64,000 nucleotides of DNA from a bacterium. GTDB lineage: Bacteria > Vulcanimicrobiota > Xenobia > Xenobiales > Xenobiaceae. Positions within the stretch are counted from its first letter, which is position 1; each line of letters starts with the position of its first letter. Positions 9,490 through 17,719 of this stretch are shown one piece after another. The stretch is from the NCBI GenBank assembly GCA_030535355.1, contig JAUNIO010000004.1:13513-77512 (forward strand), given 5' to 3'. Below the pieces are notes generated by a model. The model did no database searches and was not told where the DNA came from. It worked only from the letters and a program-made list of their open reading frames with translations. The position numbers were made by a program, and so were the translations under genes.

Positions 9490-11355
9490 TTGGCAATGCA
9501 GTACGGTTCATCTTTTCTGCGGGGAGGTTATCAGCGTATGGCCGATTCAACTAGAAATCCTCATCAGGCTCTAACCGAACAGGAGCAGCGCGATATAGTG
9601 GCCCAGTGGGCTTTCGACGTTCGCCCTTTGCTGCTTCGCTTCCACCTGTATTTAGAAAACGTGCAGACTACTTGGATTAGGGGAGGGCGCACTTCAGAGA
9701 CTTTGCTGGAAATGTCCTTCTTAAATGGGCGTATCGAGCGCCTAATGGCTCTTACCGCTGCAGTTACAGCCTTAGGCACTAAGCTGTACGGGCGATTTGG
9801 TGACGGTAAAAATTTAGATAAGGTGCGCATCAATGCTGTCAAAAAAGATTCCGACGCCATATCGGCCTACGCTATGAGCGAAAGCCTGTGGCACCTCTCC
9901 CGCAGCTTGCCCGAGAACCACGCGATCATGGTGTGCCTGGGCGAAGGCTTGATGCCCAAAGGCGGAGAGACGCCGGAAATGGGTTCTAATCCCCAGCTGG
10001 GTTTTGGGCGCGTTTACGCCCGTCCCGAGGTGGCTCAAATTTTAGATAAGCTGATTGTGCGCCTGCTCAACGACGCAGATTTTACCTGGGAACAGTTTTA
10101 CGCCGAAGTAAAACGGCGCGGCATAACTATTTGGGGCACGGCTATAGATACTTTGGAAAATACCACCCGTTTTGCCCGAGGCGAAAACGTAGGCCCCATG
10201 ACCATTCTGCACATCTTTGATCAGCCCATGAGCATTACCCGGCCTTACGAGGGCTATATGGGGACGCTGATTGTCCCGCAGGCCGTAATCGATACGGCGG
10301 AAAAAGATTCTATTCTGATCAATTATCGCACCGATAGGCGTTTGGTCATGGAGGCTATCCGCCGCACCTATCCTGGGCTAAAGCCCGAGAAACTGCATGT
10401 TTGGACCTTAGGCGGAACTAGCCGGGAGCCGAGGTTAGCTTCACTGTGGAAACAGTGGGAAGATTTGGGTGCCCATGTCATCGAAGACGGCTGGATTACC
10501 TCAGAAGGTATACCTTCCTTTAACGATTCCGGCACCTATGCGCCTACCTATCATGTTAAAACTTGGAGGGATGCGAGCGGTGACTTAAACCTTATGGTAA
10601 TAGACGGCTATGCCGCTTCCGCTGAAGCTTCTCAGGCGGCTACCGTGGCCAGAAGCCTGGGATTGGCTGCTTCGCTTTGCGTATTGACCTCCAAGTGCGC
10701 CTTTGACTGGCAGATCGAGCGCGAGATTATGCGTCTCAATGCTGATGCAGACGATTTCGCCTCTCAGCTGCAGGCTTTAACTGGCTGCGCGGTAGATGAT
10801 GAAATGGCAGCCTCATATCGGCGCATGATCCACGAATGCGTACAGGCCAATATTCCTTTAAAACGCAGCGTTATGGAAGCCGGGGACCTTTTCCCAGAAA
10901 AAGAATGGCGGAGCCTGGCGGTATGCGGTTATATGTGCGCTGATCCTTATACTGGAGCTTCTGGCGTGCGCCAACTGGAGGAGAATGTGTACGAGGTGAC
11001 GGTGCGCCTAGTTTCAGAAGAGGCCGATAAGCTGGTGACTTTTGCTCTGAGGCTCAATGAGACCCCTGGACAGGAACGTTTGGTCTTCAATCCTTTGCTG
11101 AACCGCTTTATGGCGGGTGAAGATTATCGCAGCCGCCCCGTGCGCATCTCCGACTCAGGACGTATTCGCAATGAGCTGCAGACTCTGTGCGCCGAAGCCT
11201 TGGAATTCCCCAGCAGCCAGGAGATAGTCGTGCATTTTAACAAAATTTCTCCGGCGCTGATCAGCGCGGAAAACCAAGGGAAATTGCGCGAGATTTTGTC
11301 CTGGTACAAACAGCGCCACCCCTATTGGTTTAAATGGCTTTCCGTCCAGGACTAA
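9490..11355 (+). CDS. Fructose-1,6-bisphosphatase class II (GlpX)-like domain protein with N- and C-terminal extensions
   Basis: The central region shows GlpX-like patterns (VCLGEG...E, GTAIDTLENT, LGGTSREP..L...GAHVIEDG, LMVIDGYAASAEA). The 621-aa length is about twice that of GlpX, and the identification rests on pattern similarity alone. Confidence 0.35.
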   Translation: MAMQYGSSFLRGGYQRMADSTRNPHQALTEQEQRDIVAQWAFDVRPLLLRFHLYLENVQTTWIRGGRTSETLLEMSFLNGRIERLMALTAAVTALGTKLYGRFGDGKNLDKVRINAVKKDSDAISAYAMSESLWHLSRSLPENHAIMVCLGEGLMPKGGETPEMGSNPQLGFGRVYARPEVAQILDKLIVRLLNDADFTWEQFYAEVKRRGITIWGTAIDTLENTTRFARGENVGPMTILHIFDQPMSITRPYEGYMGTLIVPQAVIDTAEKDSILINYRTDRRLVMEAIRRTYPGLKPEKLHVWTLGGTSREPRLASLWKQWEDLGAHVIEDGWITSEGIPSFNDSGTYAPTYHVKTWRDASGDLNLMVIDGYAASAEASQAATVARSLGLAASLCVLTSKCAFDWQIEREIMRLNADADDFASQLQALTGCAVDDEMAASYRRMIHECVQANIPLKRSVMEAGDLFPEKEWRSLAVCGYMCADPYTGASGVRQLEENVYEVTVRLVSEEADKLVTFALRLNETPGQERLVFNPLLNRFMAGEDYRSRPVRISDSGRIRNELQTLCAEALEFPSSQEIVVHFNKISPALISAENQGKLREILSWYKQRHPYWFKWLSVQD

Positions 11356-11505
11356 AGCGGCCGCTTTACCAGAAGCGTGCGGATAAGGCAAATACTAGTC
11401 AGCCTGTTAAATGTTAGTTAAGCAGGAATAAATTAAAAAATCTGGAATTTCTATATACTAATTTGATATTTAACTATATCGCCATGATATACGGAGGATA
11501 CAGTA

Positions 11506-11745
11506 ATGCCCCATGTGATCGCTGAGCCTTGTGTAGGTGTAAAAGATAAAGCTTGCGCGAGTGTTTGCCCTGTACAGGCTATCAACGGCAGCGACGATAC
11601 CCCTCAGTTCTATATTAATCCCGACGAGTGCCTAGACTGCGGCGCTTGCATGTCAGCTTGCCCGGTGGAAGCGATCTATCCCGATACTGACCTCCCCGAG
11701 CAGTGGCAGAAATACATCGAGATTAATGCTGAATTCTACAAATAA
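11506..11745 (+). CDS. Ferredoxin (two Cys clusters, 4Fe-4S/3Fe-4S type)
   Basis: 79 aa with CVGVKDKACASVCP and CLDCGACMSACP motifs. RBS GGAGGA upstream. Confidence 0.7.
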   Translation: MPHVIAEPCVGVKDKACASVCPVQAINGSDDTPQFYINPDECLDCGACMSACPVEAIYPDTDLPEQWQKYIEINAEFYK

Positions 11746-11780
11746 TTTTATTTAGGCTTTAGCCTTCTGAAAATTATTCT

Positions 11781-11810
11781 GGCATCCCAATATAAAGGAT
11801 GCCTTTTTTG
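11781..11810 (+). terminator. Rho-independent terminator after the ferredoxin gene
   Basis: GGCATCC-9 nt-GGATGCC stem followed by a TTTTTT tract. Confidence 0.55.
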
Positions 11811-12003
11811 TTTGTTGGATAATCTTTTCAGCCAGTCTGTATGGCTTAAATTATCAATGACAAGCTCCATAAAATTAAAGGCCCCGCTAGCCGCAGAAGA
11901 AGCAGAGCAGGGCAAAATATATAGCTGGGCAGGACTGTTGTAAATCCTAACCGCGCTCTGCCGCCCGGCAAGACAAGCGGCAGAGACGGAAATTCCAGCA
12001 GGA

Positions 12004-13461
12004 TTAGCTGATGACGTGATTTCTCTCGATGACCAGATCGCCGTCAACCCAGCGGGCTACACCCATGTAAGGCATACCGTTCTTATCGAAGAGGTCTTTA
12101 GGCTCGATCTTCTGGTTGGGTTCGGTGTAGAGGATGCGCCCAGCGTCGATGAGGCGCTTCATGTTGGTCTTTAAGTCCTGAGCTGGTTTGCTGTTGGTGG
12201 AAGACGTAAAGATAGAATTGGCATCTACGGGAGTCTCAACTTTAGCGCCGGAGAACATACCGAAACCGTCGCCGTCCAAGGTCACAGTCATCATGCGGCT
12301 TTCCCGGGGACCGATATCCATATCTTCAGTGCCGATTTCACCTTCGGGCAGGATCAGACGGTTAGTCATGGAGTTGCGAATCAATTCACTGTTTTTGCCG
12401 CCCATGTGCTCAGCATCGGCTTTTAACATGCAGTTGGCCATCTGTTTATACGTGAAATCACCGCGGGGGGCTTCGTGCATCAAGTGACCGTAGAGCTCGA
12501 TCATCTCAGCTCCGCCTGCTTTGATGGCGTCTTTAGGCTCCATGCCATTGCTGACGTTGCGGCTGACGATGCCTGCGTAAATATCATAAACCGCTCCGGT
12601 CCAAACGCGCGACCAGTTGTGCATTTCCGTACCCAATTTATCAGAACCGGGGTTCTCGGGCAGGGTGCTGGGGTCTTGCCATTTCCAGGTGTTATTGGCG
12701 TTGCGGATGAAGTCGCCGCCGGTCTTGTTTTTACCCACAGCGCGGTTGATGGCCGTCCCCAGTTCTTCGGCGGTGCGGGCGATGCAGTTCTCTTTTTTCA
12801 TGTCGCCGCCGGTTTCGCGGGCTGCTATCTCACAGGTCTTATCGTCCTGCGTGGCCATGAATAACCCCATCATGTCGGCGAAGGATTCGTGGAAGCCCAG
12901 AGGATCGGGACTCCAGGAATTGAGATAGCCGGGGCGGATGCCGTCGAGCATGGCATGACCGACTTCGTGGGAGACAGCTTCACCGGACTGGCCGGAATAG
13001 ACCATTTCGCCTAACTGTTTATCGAAGCTGTGGAAGAAGTTTACCGAGCAGTCGGAGCGGGAATAATAGGCGTTGAGCATTTCGCCGCGGTCGGGGCGCA
13101 CAGTAATGGTGTCGCCGGAGGAACGCCAAGGCACTTTTTCGCCAAAGGCGGATTCGAACATTTCCAGCGTTTTGGCCACGGTAGCAAAGGTATGAGCGCT
13201 GGTGTAATTCTTGGAATCTTTCTGATCAAAGACGAAATTGCCATCTTCGTTGGGTTTTAGATCGGCATCTAATTTAACCCGGCTGGTTTGGGGACCGTGT
13301 TTGCCCATGGTGACGTCGCCCACATGAGTGGTGACGGGGCTCATGACCACGTTGTCTTGAGGATTGTAAGAAAATTCAATTTCTTTGGCGGCAGGCGCGG
13401 CTGCTGACGAAACAGAGTTTACATTGTAGTTGACATTGGAAACGCCTATAGAATTGATCAT
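12004..13461 (-). CDS. Thermolysin-like (gluzincin) zinc metalloprotease-domain protein
   Basis: HEVGHAML (HEXXH) followed 23 residues later by GFHESFADMMG. This parallels thermolysin HELTH...GAINEAISDIFG (third-ligand Glu). No obvious N-terminal signal peptide. Confidence 0.5.
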   Translation of the reverse strand: MINSIGVSNVNYNVNSVSSAAAPAAKEIEFSYNPQDNVVMSPVTTHVGDVTMGKHGPQTSRVKLDADLKPNEDGNFVFDQKDSKNYTSAHTFATVAKTLEMFESAFGEKVPWRSSGDTITVRPDRGEMLNAYYSRSDCSVNFFHSFDKQLGEMVYSGQSGEAVSHEVGHAMLDGIRPGYLNSWSPDPLGFHESFADMMGLFMATQDDKTCEIAARETGGDMKKENCIARTAEELGTAINRAVGKNKTGGDFIRNANNTWKWQDPSTLPENPGSDKLGTEMHNWSRVWTGAVYDIYAGIVSRNVSNGMEPKDAIKAGGAEMIELYGHLMHEAPRGDFTYKQMANCMLKADAEHMGGKNSELIRNSMTNRLILPEGEIGTEDMDIGPRESRMMTVTLDGDGFGMFSGAKVETPVDANSIFTSSTNSKPAQDLKTNMKRLIDAGRILYTEPNQKIEPKDLFDKNGMPYMGVARWVDGDLVIERNHVIS

Positions 13462-13621
13462 CCAAGTTCCTCCGATTATTTGTTAAGCTTAACGTATTAT
13501 CCATTTTGAATTTTATTACATGATTACTAATCATTTCTTGAACTAAATGTTAAAAGATATGCTGAAGCGGCAATGTCGCTAACGAGCTGTCAGCATTACC
13601 AGGCCTTAGCTGCTTACCGGA

Positions 13622-14650
13622 TTAATTCTGGGTGGGCTCAAAGCTCTCCCAGGAAAAATCGGCATAACTCGCTTTGCGGATTAGCCTTTGAGGATCTTTG
13701 GGATAGCTGGGGCCAGGATATTCGACGATGAAAGCGCCGCGTTTGGCATCGTAATAATTAGCTGACGCCATATTGCCCCAGTGGCTCCATCCGGTCAGCC
13801 CCAGCTTGTCGTAATCCAGCTGCCCGCGCTCGATCTCGCTGCCATTTCTGCGAAATATGTAAACGCGCTGGGTTCCAGAACCGCCATAGGTGCAGCTGCA
13901 GACGAGTTCTTTGCTGCCGTCACCATCTAGATCGATGGCGTGATCGTCTATGACAAAATTGAAGCTTTCGCCGATGATCTTCTCCTGGCCATTCACTATG
14001 GCGTAATATCTGCGGATATAGTGGTCGCTAATTTTTGGTGGTTCTCCGCTGCCGGGATTTATTGCCTTAGCGCCGCCATTGGGCTCGGAATAATCAGCTC
14101 CTGGCTGGGGCGGCATCATCCCGCATTCCTCATACCAGCCATCATAGCCCATGATGCCGGCGAACGGCCTGGCGTGCTGGGCACGCGCATTTTTGATGCA
14201 GCTGCGCAGCCAGGCAGCGCGTTCCGGGGAAAAGGATTTCAGCGCTTTATTAAGCTCATCTTTACAGAGGGGATGATCGATGTAAATGTGCCAGGTCCAA
14301 TAGAGTTTTTCGTCTGCCGATCTGGCATAGGCTCCTTCGGCTCCCAGACGGTACAGCAGGAGCTTGGGCAGGGGATAGCTGTATTCGCATATTTGCTTTA
14401 AAGAGGCTTCATTGTACGTTATGCCGCTGGCGGCCAATTCTTGTGCCGTAGGGCGGATGGAGGCGGGTGCCAGCAAAGGGGAAGCATCTGCCGCGAGCAC
14501 GGCTTCGGCAGCGGGAGGTGAGGAGGGATGAGCCTCCAGCCGGGCAGCGGGGGCGGTCAGAACCATGCCGGCTACTCCAGCTGCCGCGAGGCTGCGTTTG
14601 GCCAGGGCGGTGCATTTCCAATTCAGAATATGATACAGAGAAACACTCAT
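13622..14650 (-). CDS. Secreted hypothetical protein (signal peptide, DxDGDG FG-GAP/VCBS-like motif)
   Basis: 342 aa. N-terminal hydrophobic signal with Ala-rich cleavage region. Contains DLDGDGSKELV. Confidence 0.45.
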   Translation of the reverse strand: MSVSLYHILNWKCTALAKRSLAAAGVAGMVLTAPAARLEAHPSSPPAAEAVLAADASPLLAPASIRPTAQELAASGITYNEASLKQICEYSYPLPKLLLYRLGAEGAYARSADEKLYWTWHIYIDHPLCKDELNKALKSFSPERAAWLRSCIKNARAQHARPFAGIMGYDGWYEECGMMPPQPGADYSEPNGGAKAINPGSGEPPKISDHYIRRYYAIVNGQEKIIGESFNFVIDDHAIDLDGDGSKELVCSCTYGGSGTQRVYIFRRNGSEIERGQLDYDKLGLTGWSHWGNMASANYYDAKRGAFIVEYPGPSYPKDPQRLIRKASYADFSWESFEPTQN

Positions 14651-14685
14651 TGTTCAGACCTCCCGCTTGCAACATTTCTTCCTTC

Positions 14686-14925
14686 ACCAATGTCATTTAG
14701 TTAAGGCTCAATGTCGTTAACTAAATGACATTGGAAATGTTAACTTATATACAATTATCGCCACGTTCAGGCCTGCGTATAAGCTAGAGCAAAACACAAG
14801 CTAAACCTCGATTCCCCAACAGTCTTGGGCACCCCCTCTGTCGCATTCGCGACTTCTCCCCCTCCCATCCTTTAGGGGGAGTCAGATAGTTCGCAAGTTA
14901 GCTGATCGCTAACTAAATGATATTA
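14686..14925. repeat. MITE-like repetitive element, copy 1 (terminal inverted repeats TGTCATTTAGTTAA / TTAACTAAATGA)
   Basis: A near-identical roughly 230-bp sequence occurs in reverse-complement orientation at 63096-63320. The left end is a perfect hairpin (caatgtcatttagttaa..ttaactaaatgacattg) and there is an internal CCCCCT...AGGGGG stem. Confidence 0.7.
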
Positions 14926-15031
14926 CTTTATTCACCAGGACGAACATTTTTGGCATTTTCGGTATGTTGGCATTTTCGGTATGGCCTCCGCTTCTCATTC
15001 TGCTGGAGTGTTCCTCGTTAAGCTTTTTCCC

Positions 15032-15532
15032 TTAAGCTTCTGCCCATTTATGCCGGTGCAGCTCTCCCTGAAGTTCCAAGCCGGCAAATGCTCTCTGCCG
15101 GGCGGCTTCGTAGGCCACGATGGCTACGGCATTGGACAGATTGAGTGATCTTATATCCGGCAGCATGGGAATTCTCACTGCCGTATCCGCATATTGCAAA
15201 AGGATTTCTTCTGGGATTCCGGCGCTTTCCTTGCCGAACATTAAATAGCAGTCCTCCTCATAGCGCGGGGTGTCGTAGGTCTGGCGCGCTTTGGTGGAAA
15301 CCATATAAATTTTGGCATCGGGATGGCGGCGGCGGAAATCGTCAAAGTCGTCATAAACAGCAACGCTGAGCTTAGGCCAATAATCCAAACCGGCCCGCTT
15401 AATGGATTTAGCGTCCAAAAAGAACCCCAAGGGCCTGATTAAATGCAGTTTGGCGCCTAAAGCTACGCAGGTGCGCCCGATGTTGCCGGTATTGGCCGGC
15501 ATCTCCGGTTCATGCAGAATAATGTTGATCAT
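15032..15532 (-). CDS. trmL: tRNA (cytidine/uridine-2'-O)-methyltransferase TrmL (SpoU/TrmH family)
   Basis: 166 aa. ILHEPEMPANTGNIGRTC and GKESAGIPEE motifs are characteristic of YibK/TrmL. Confidence 0.8.
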   Translation of the reverse strand: MINIILHEPEMPANTGNIGRTCVALGAKLHLIRPLGFFLDAKSIKRAGLDYWPKLSVAVYDDFDDFRRRHPDAKIYMVSTKARQTYDTPRYEEDCYLMFGKESAGIPEEILLQYADTAVRIPMLPDIRSLNLSNAVAIVAYEAARQRAFAGLELQGELHRHKWAEA

Positions 15533-15587
15533 GAAATAATTAATGTACGTGAAAGTTGCTGAAAAATTGTATATAAAATTCTCGAAT

Positions 15588-16598
15588 TTATAAAAACTCT
15601 TCGTGCACTACTAACCCTAAAACCCGGCAGATGGCCCAGGTCAGCTCGTAGCGGTTCATGGTGAAGAAGTGGAATTTGTCAATTCCGGCTTTGCGCAGCA
15701 GCAGGCATTGGCTGGCGGCCACGTGCATGGCCAGCAGATTGCGGATATCGGGATTATTGTCGCTGTATTCAAATAGTTTAACCAGCCAGCTGGGCACGCT
15801 GGCCCCGCAGGTTTTGCTGAAGTTTACTAGGTTGGCCGCTTTGGAAACCGGCAGTATGCCGGGGATGATGGGAATCTCTATATGGGCCTTTTCGGCGCGG
15901 TCCAGCAGGCGGAAATAATCTTCCACGCTGAAGAAATACTGAGTTATAGCTTGGGTGGCTCCAGCGTCTATCTTCATCTTCAGAACGTCCATATCGAACT
16001 CGAAGGAAGGAGATTCGGGATGCTTCTCGGGAAATGCGGCTACGGTAATTTGGAAATCGTGCAGTTTCTTCAGCCCGCGCACCAGATCGCAGGCGTGAGC
16101 ATAGCCGTCGGGATGAGGTATGTAAGACGTGCTGCCTTTGGGAGGATCGCCGCGCATGGCTACGATATGGCGCACTCCGGCCTGCCAGTAATTGTCAGCT
16201 ACTTGGTCGACTTCGCTACGGCTGGCGCCTGCGCAGGTCAGGTGGGCTGCCGGTTTCAGAGCGGTTTCCTGAGCCAGACGGCGCACGGTGCGGTGAGTGA
16301 GGTCGCGCGTGCTTCCCAAAGCTCCGTAGGTGACGCCGACAAAGTCGGGGGCCAAAGGTTCCAGCCGTTTGATGGTATTCCACAGGAGCTCTTCGCCTTC
16401 CGGGTCTTTGGGCGGAAAAAACTCAAAGGAAACTTGGGGCTTACTGGCCCCAAAAAAATCGCTTAATTGACTGAGTTCGATAGTTCTCTGCAAAGCTTGC
16501 TCCAGAATACGACGCTGCAGGGCAGCGATGTAATAAATAAAACTATAGCTGACTATAATCAGATGATGATAAGTAGTGATATCATCTGTGAGTATCAC
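15588..16598 (-). CDS. metF: 5,10-methylenetetrahydrofolate reductase
   Basis: VSFEFFPPK, VTYGA, HLTC and FHFFTMNR motifs align with MetF along its full length. The exact start is uncertain (GTG at 16598 or a downstream alternative). Confidence 0.85.
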   Translation of the reverse strand: MILTDDITTYHHLIIVSYSFIYYIAALQRRILEQALQRTIELSQLSDFFGASKPQVSFEFFPPKDPEGEELLWNTIKRLEPLAPDFVGVTYGALGSTRDLTHRTVRRLAQETALKPAAHLTCAGASRSEVDQVADNYWQAGVRHIVAMRGDPPKGSTSYIPHPDGYAHACDLVRGLKKLHDFQITVAAFPEKHPESPSFEFDMDVLKMKIDAGATQAITQYFFSVEDYFRLLDRAEKAHIEIPIIPGILPVSKAANLVNFSKTCGASVPSWLVKLFEYSDNNPDIRNLLAMHVAASQCLLLRKAGIDKFHFFTMNRYELTWAICRVLGLVVHEEFL

Positions 16599-16778
16599 CA
16601 GCGGTAACTTGCAAGTGATTACCTGCAGGCATGTTTTTGCAATTCTTAAAATATAAGTCTTCTTCCTGTCATAATCATAAAATGCAGATGTCGCTGACGC
16701 CGATACATTGATCCTAATGACTCCTTTTGCTGTTTATGCTAAAATAAAAATCTACGTTATAATATTGGGAGAGACAAC

Positions 16779-17708
16779 ATGAATATCACCTGCACTGCTA
16801 GCTCTGCGTTTAATGCTGTTCCTTTTGATCCTTCGACGCTATCGGCTGCCAAACCTGACACCTGTGAGACCGGCTTTCCGCCAGCGAAAGATGCTTTAGA
16901 ACTCAGCAGCCAGGAAAAAGACGACATCGCTCAGCTGGTGCGTCTGGGTGGTGGTTCCCAGGCGAAAATAGAAGATTTCACCGTGGTTAAGGGTACTAAC
17001 GGAGATGACATAATTAATGTAAGCAATGCCGGCGAAGGCGGGTTAAATATCACCGTCAACGATAAAACTACGTCTTATACAGCAGAACAGGCTGCCAAAC
17101 TCATAATAGCGTCTGGCGACGGTCATGATCGCATTAAAGTAGATAAAGAGGTCACCGCTAATCTGCTGATAAGCGGCGGACGAGGATTCGACAATATCGA
17201 GAGCGGATCGGGTCACGATACTATAGTAGATAATCTCGATCAGAATTATATAGACGGCGGAGCTGGCGATGACACCATTATCGCTAAGGGCGTCAATCTG
17301 CAAGACCCGCCTACGCTGTCCATGGTCTATGGACGCGAGGTCAATGGCAACGTCATTAACGGAGGAGCAGGCAATGACTATATTGAAGGCAGCAATTATA
17401 ACGACGTGCTGGCAGGCCTGCACGATAACGATATGATTTTTGCCCATGACGGAGACGACGTTATTTTGGCAGGGCAGGGGCGCAATTTTGTCGATGCCGG
17501 CGCGGGCAATGACCATATCGAGAACCAAGGAGAGCGTGGAATTTTACTCGGAGGCGCGGGCAATGATTATATAGAAGCCTGGCAGCCAGCTGCGGCTATT
17601 ATCGACCGTCAAGGCGAAAATATCATTGAGGCATCTGTCAGCGTGGATTATTTGCTGGCTTCTCCCGAAAGCAAAGTTACCATTCACAAGACGCCTAAGA
17701 CTCTTTAA
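16779..17708 (+). CDS. RTX-type (hemolysin-type) calcium-binding repeat protein
   Basis: Multiple GGAGNDxIE / GGxGxDxx nonapeptide repeats. No N-terminal signal peptide, consistent with type I secretion substrates. Confidence 0.6.
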   Translation: MNITCTASSAFNAVPFDPSTLSAAKPDTCETGFPPAKDALELSSQEKDDIAQLVRLGGGSQAKIEDFTVVKGTNGDDIINVSNAGEGGLNITVNDKTTSYTAEQAAKLIIASGDGHDRIKVDKEVTANLLISGGRGFDNIESGSGHDTIVDNLDQNYIDGGAGDDTIIAKGVNLQDPPTLSMVYGREVNGNVINGGAGNDYIEGSNYNDVLAGLHDNDMIFAHDGDDVILAGQGRNFVDAGAGNDHIENQGERGILLGGAGNDYIEAWQPAAAIIDRQGENIIEASVSVDYLLASPESKVTIHKTPKTL

Positions 17709-17719
17709 TATAAATTAAT

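Noticed and set aside
14641-14700. The sequence line starting 14641 appears one base short as printed
   Set aside because: This is probably a formatting artefact of the listing. It does not affect interpretation, and repeat coordinates near 14.7 kb may be off by 1.
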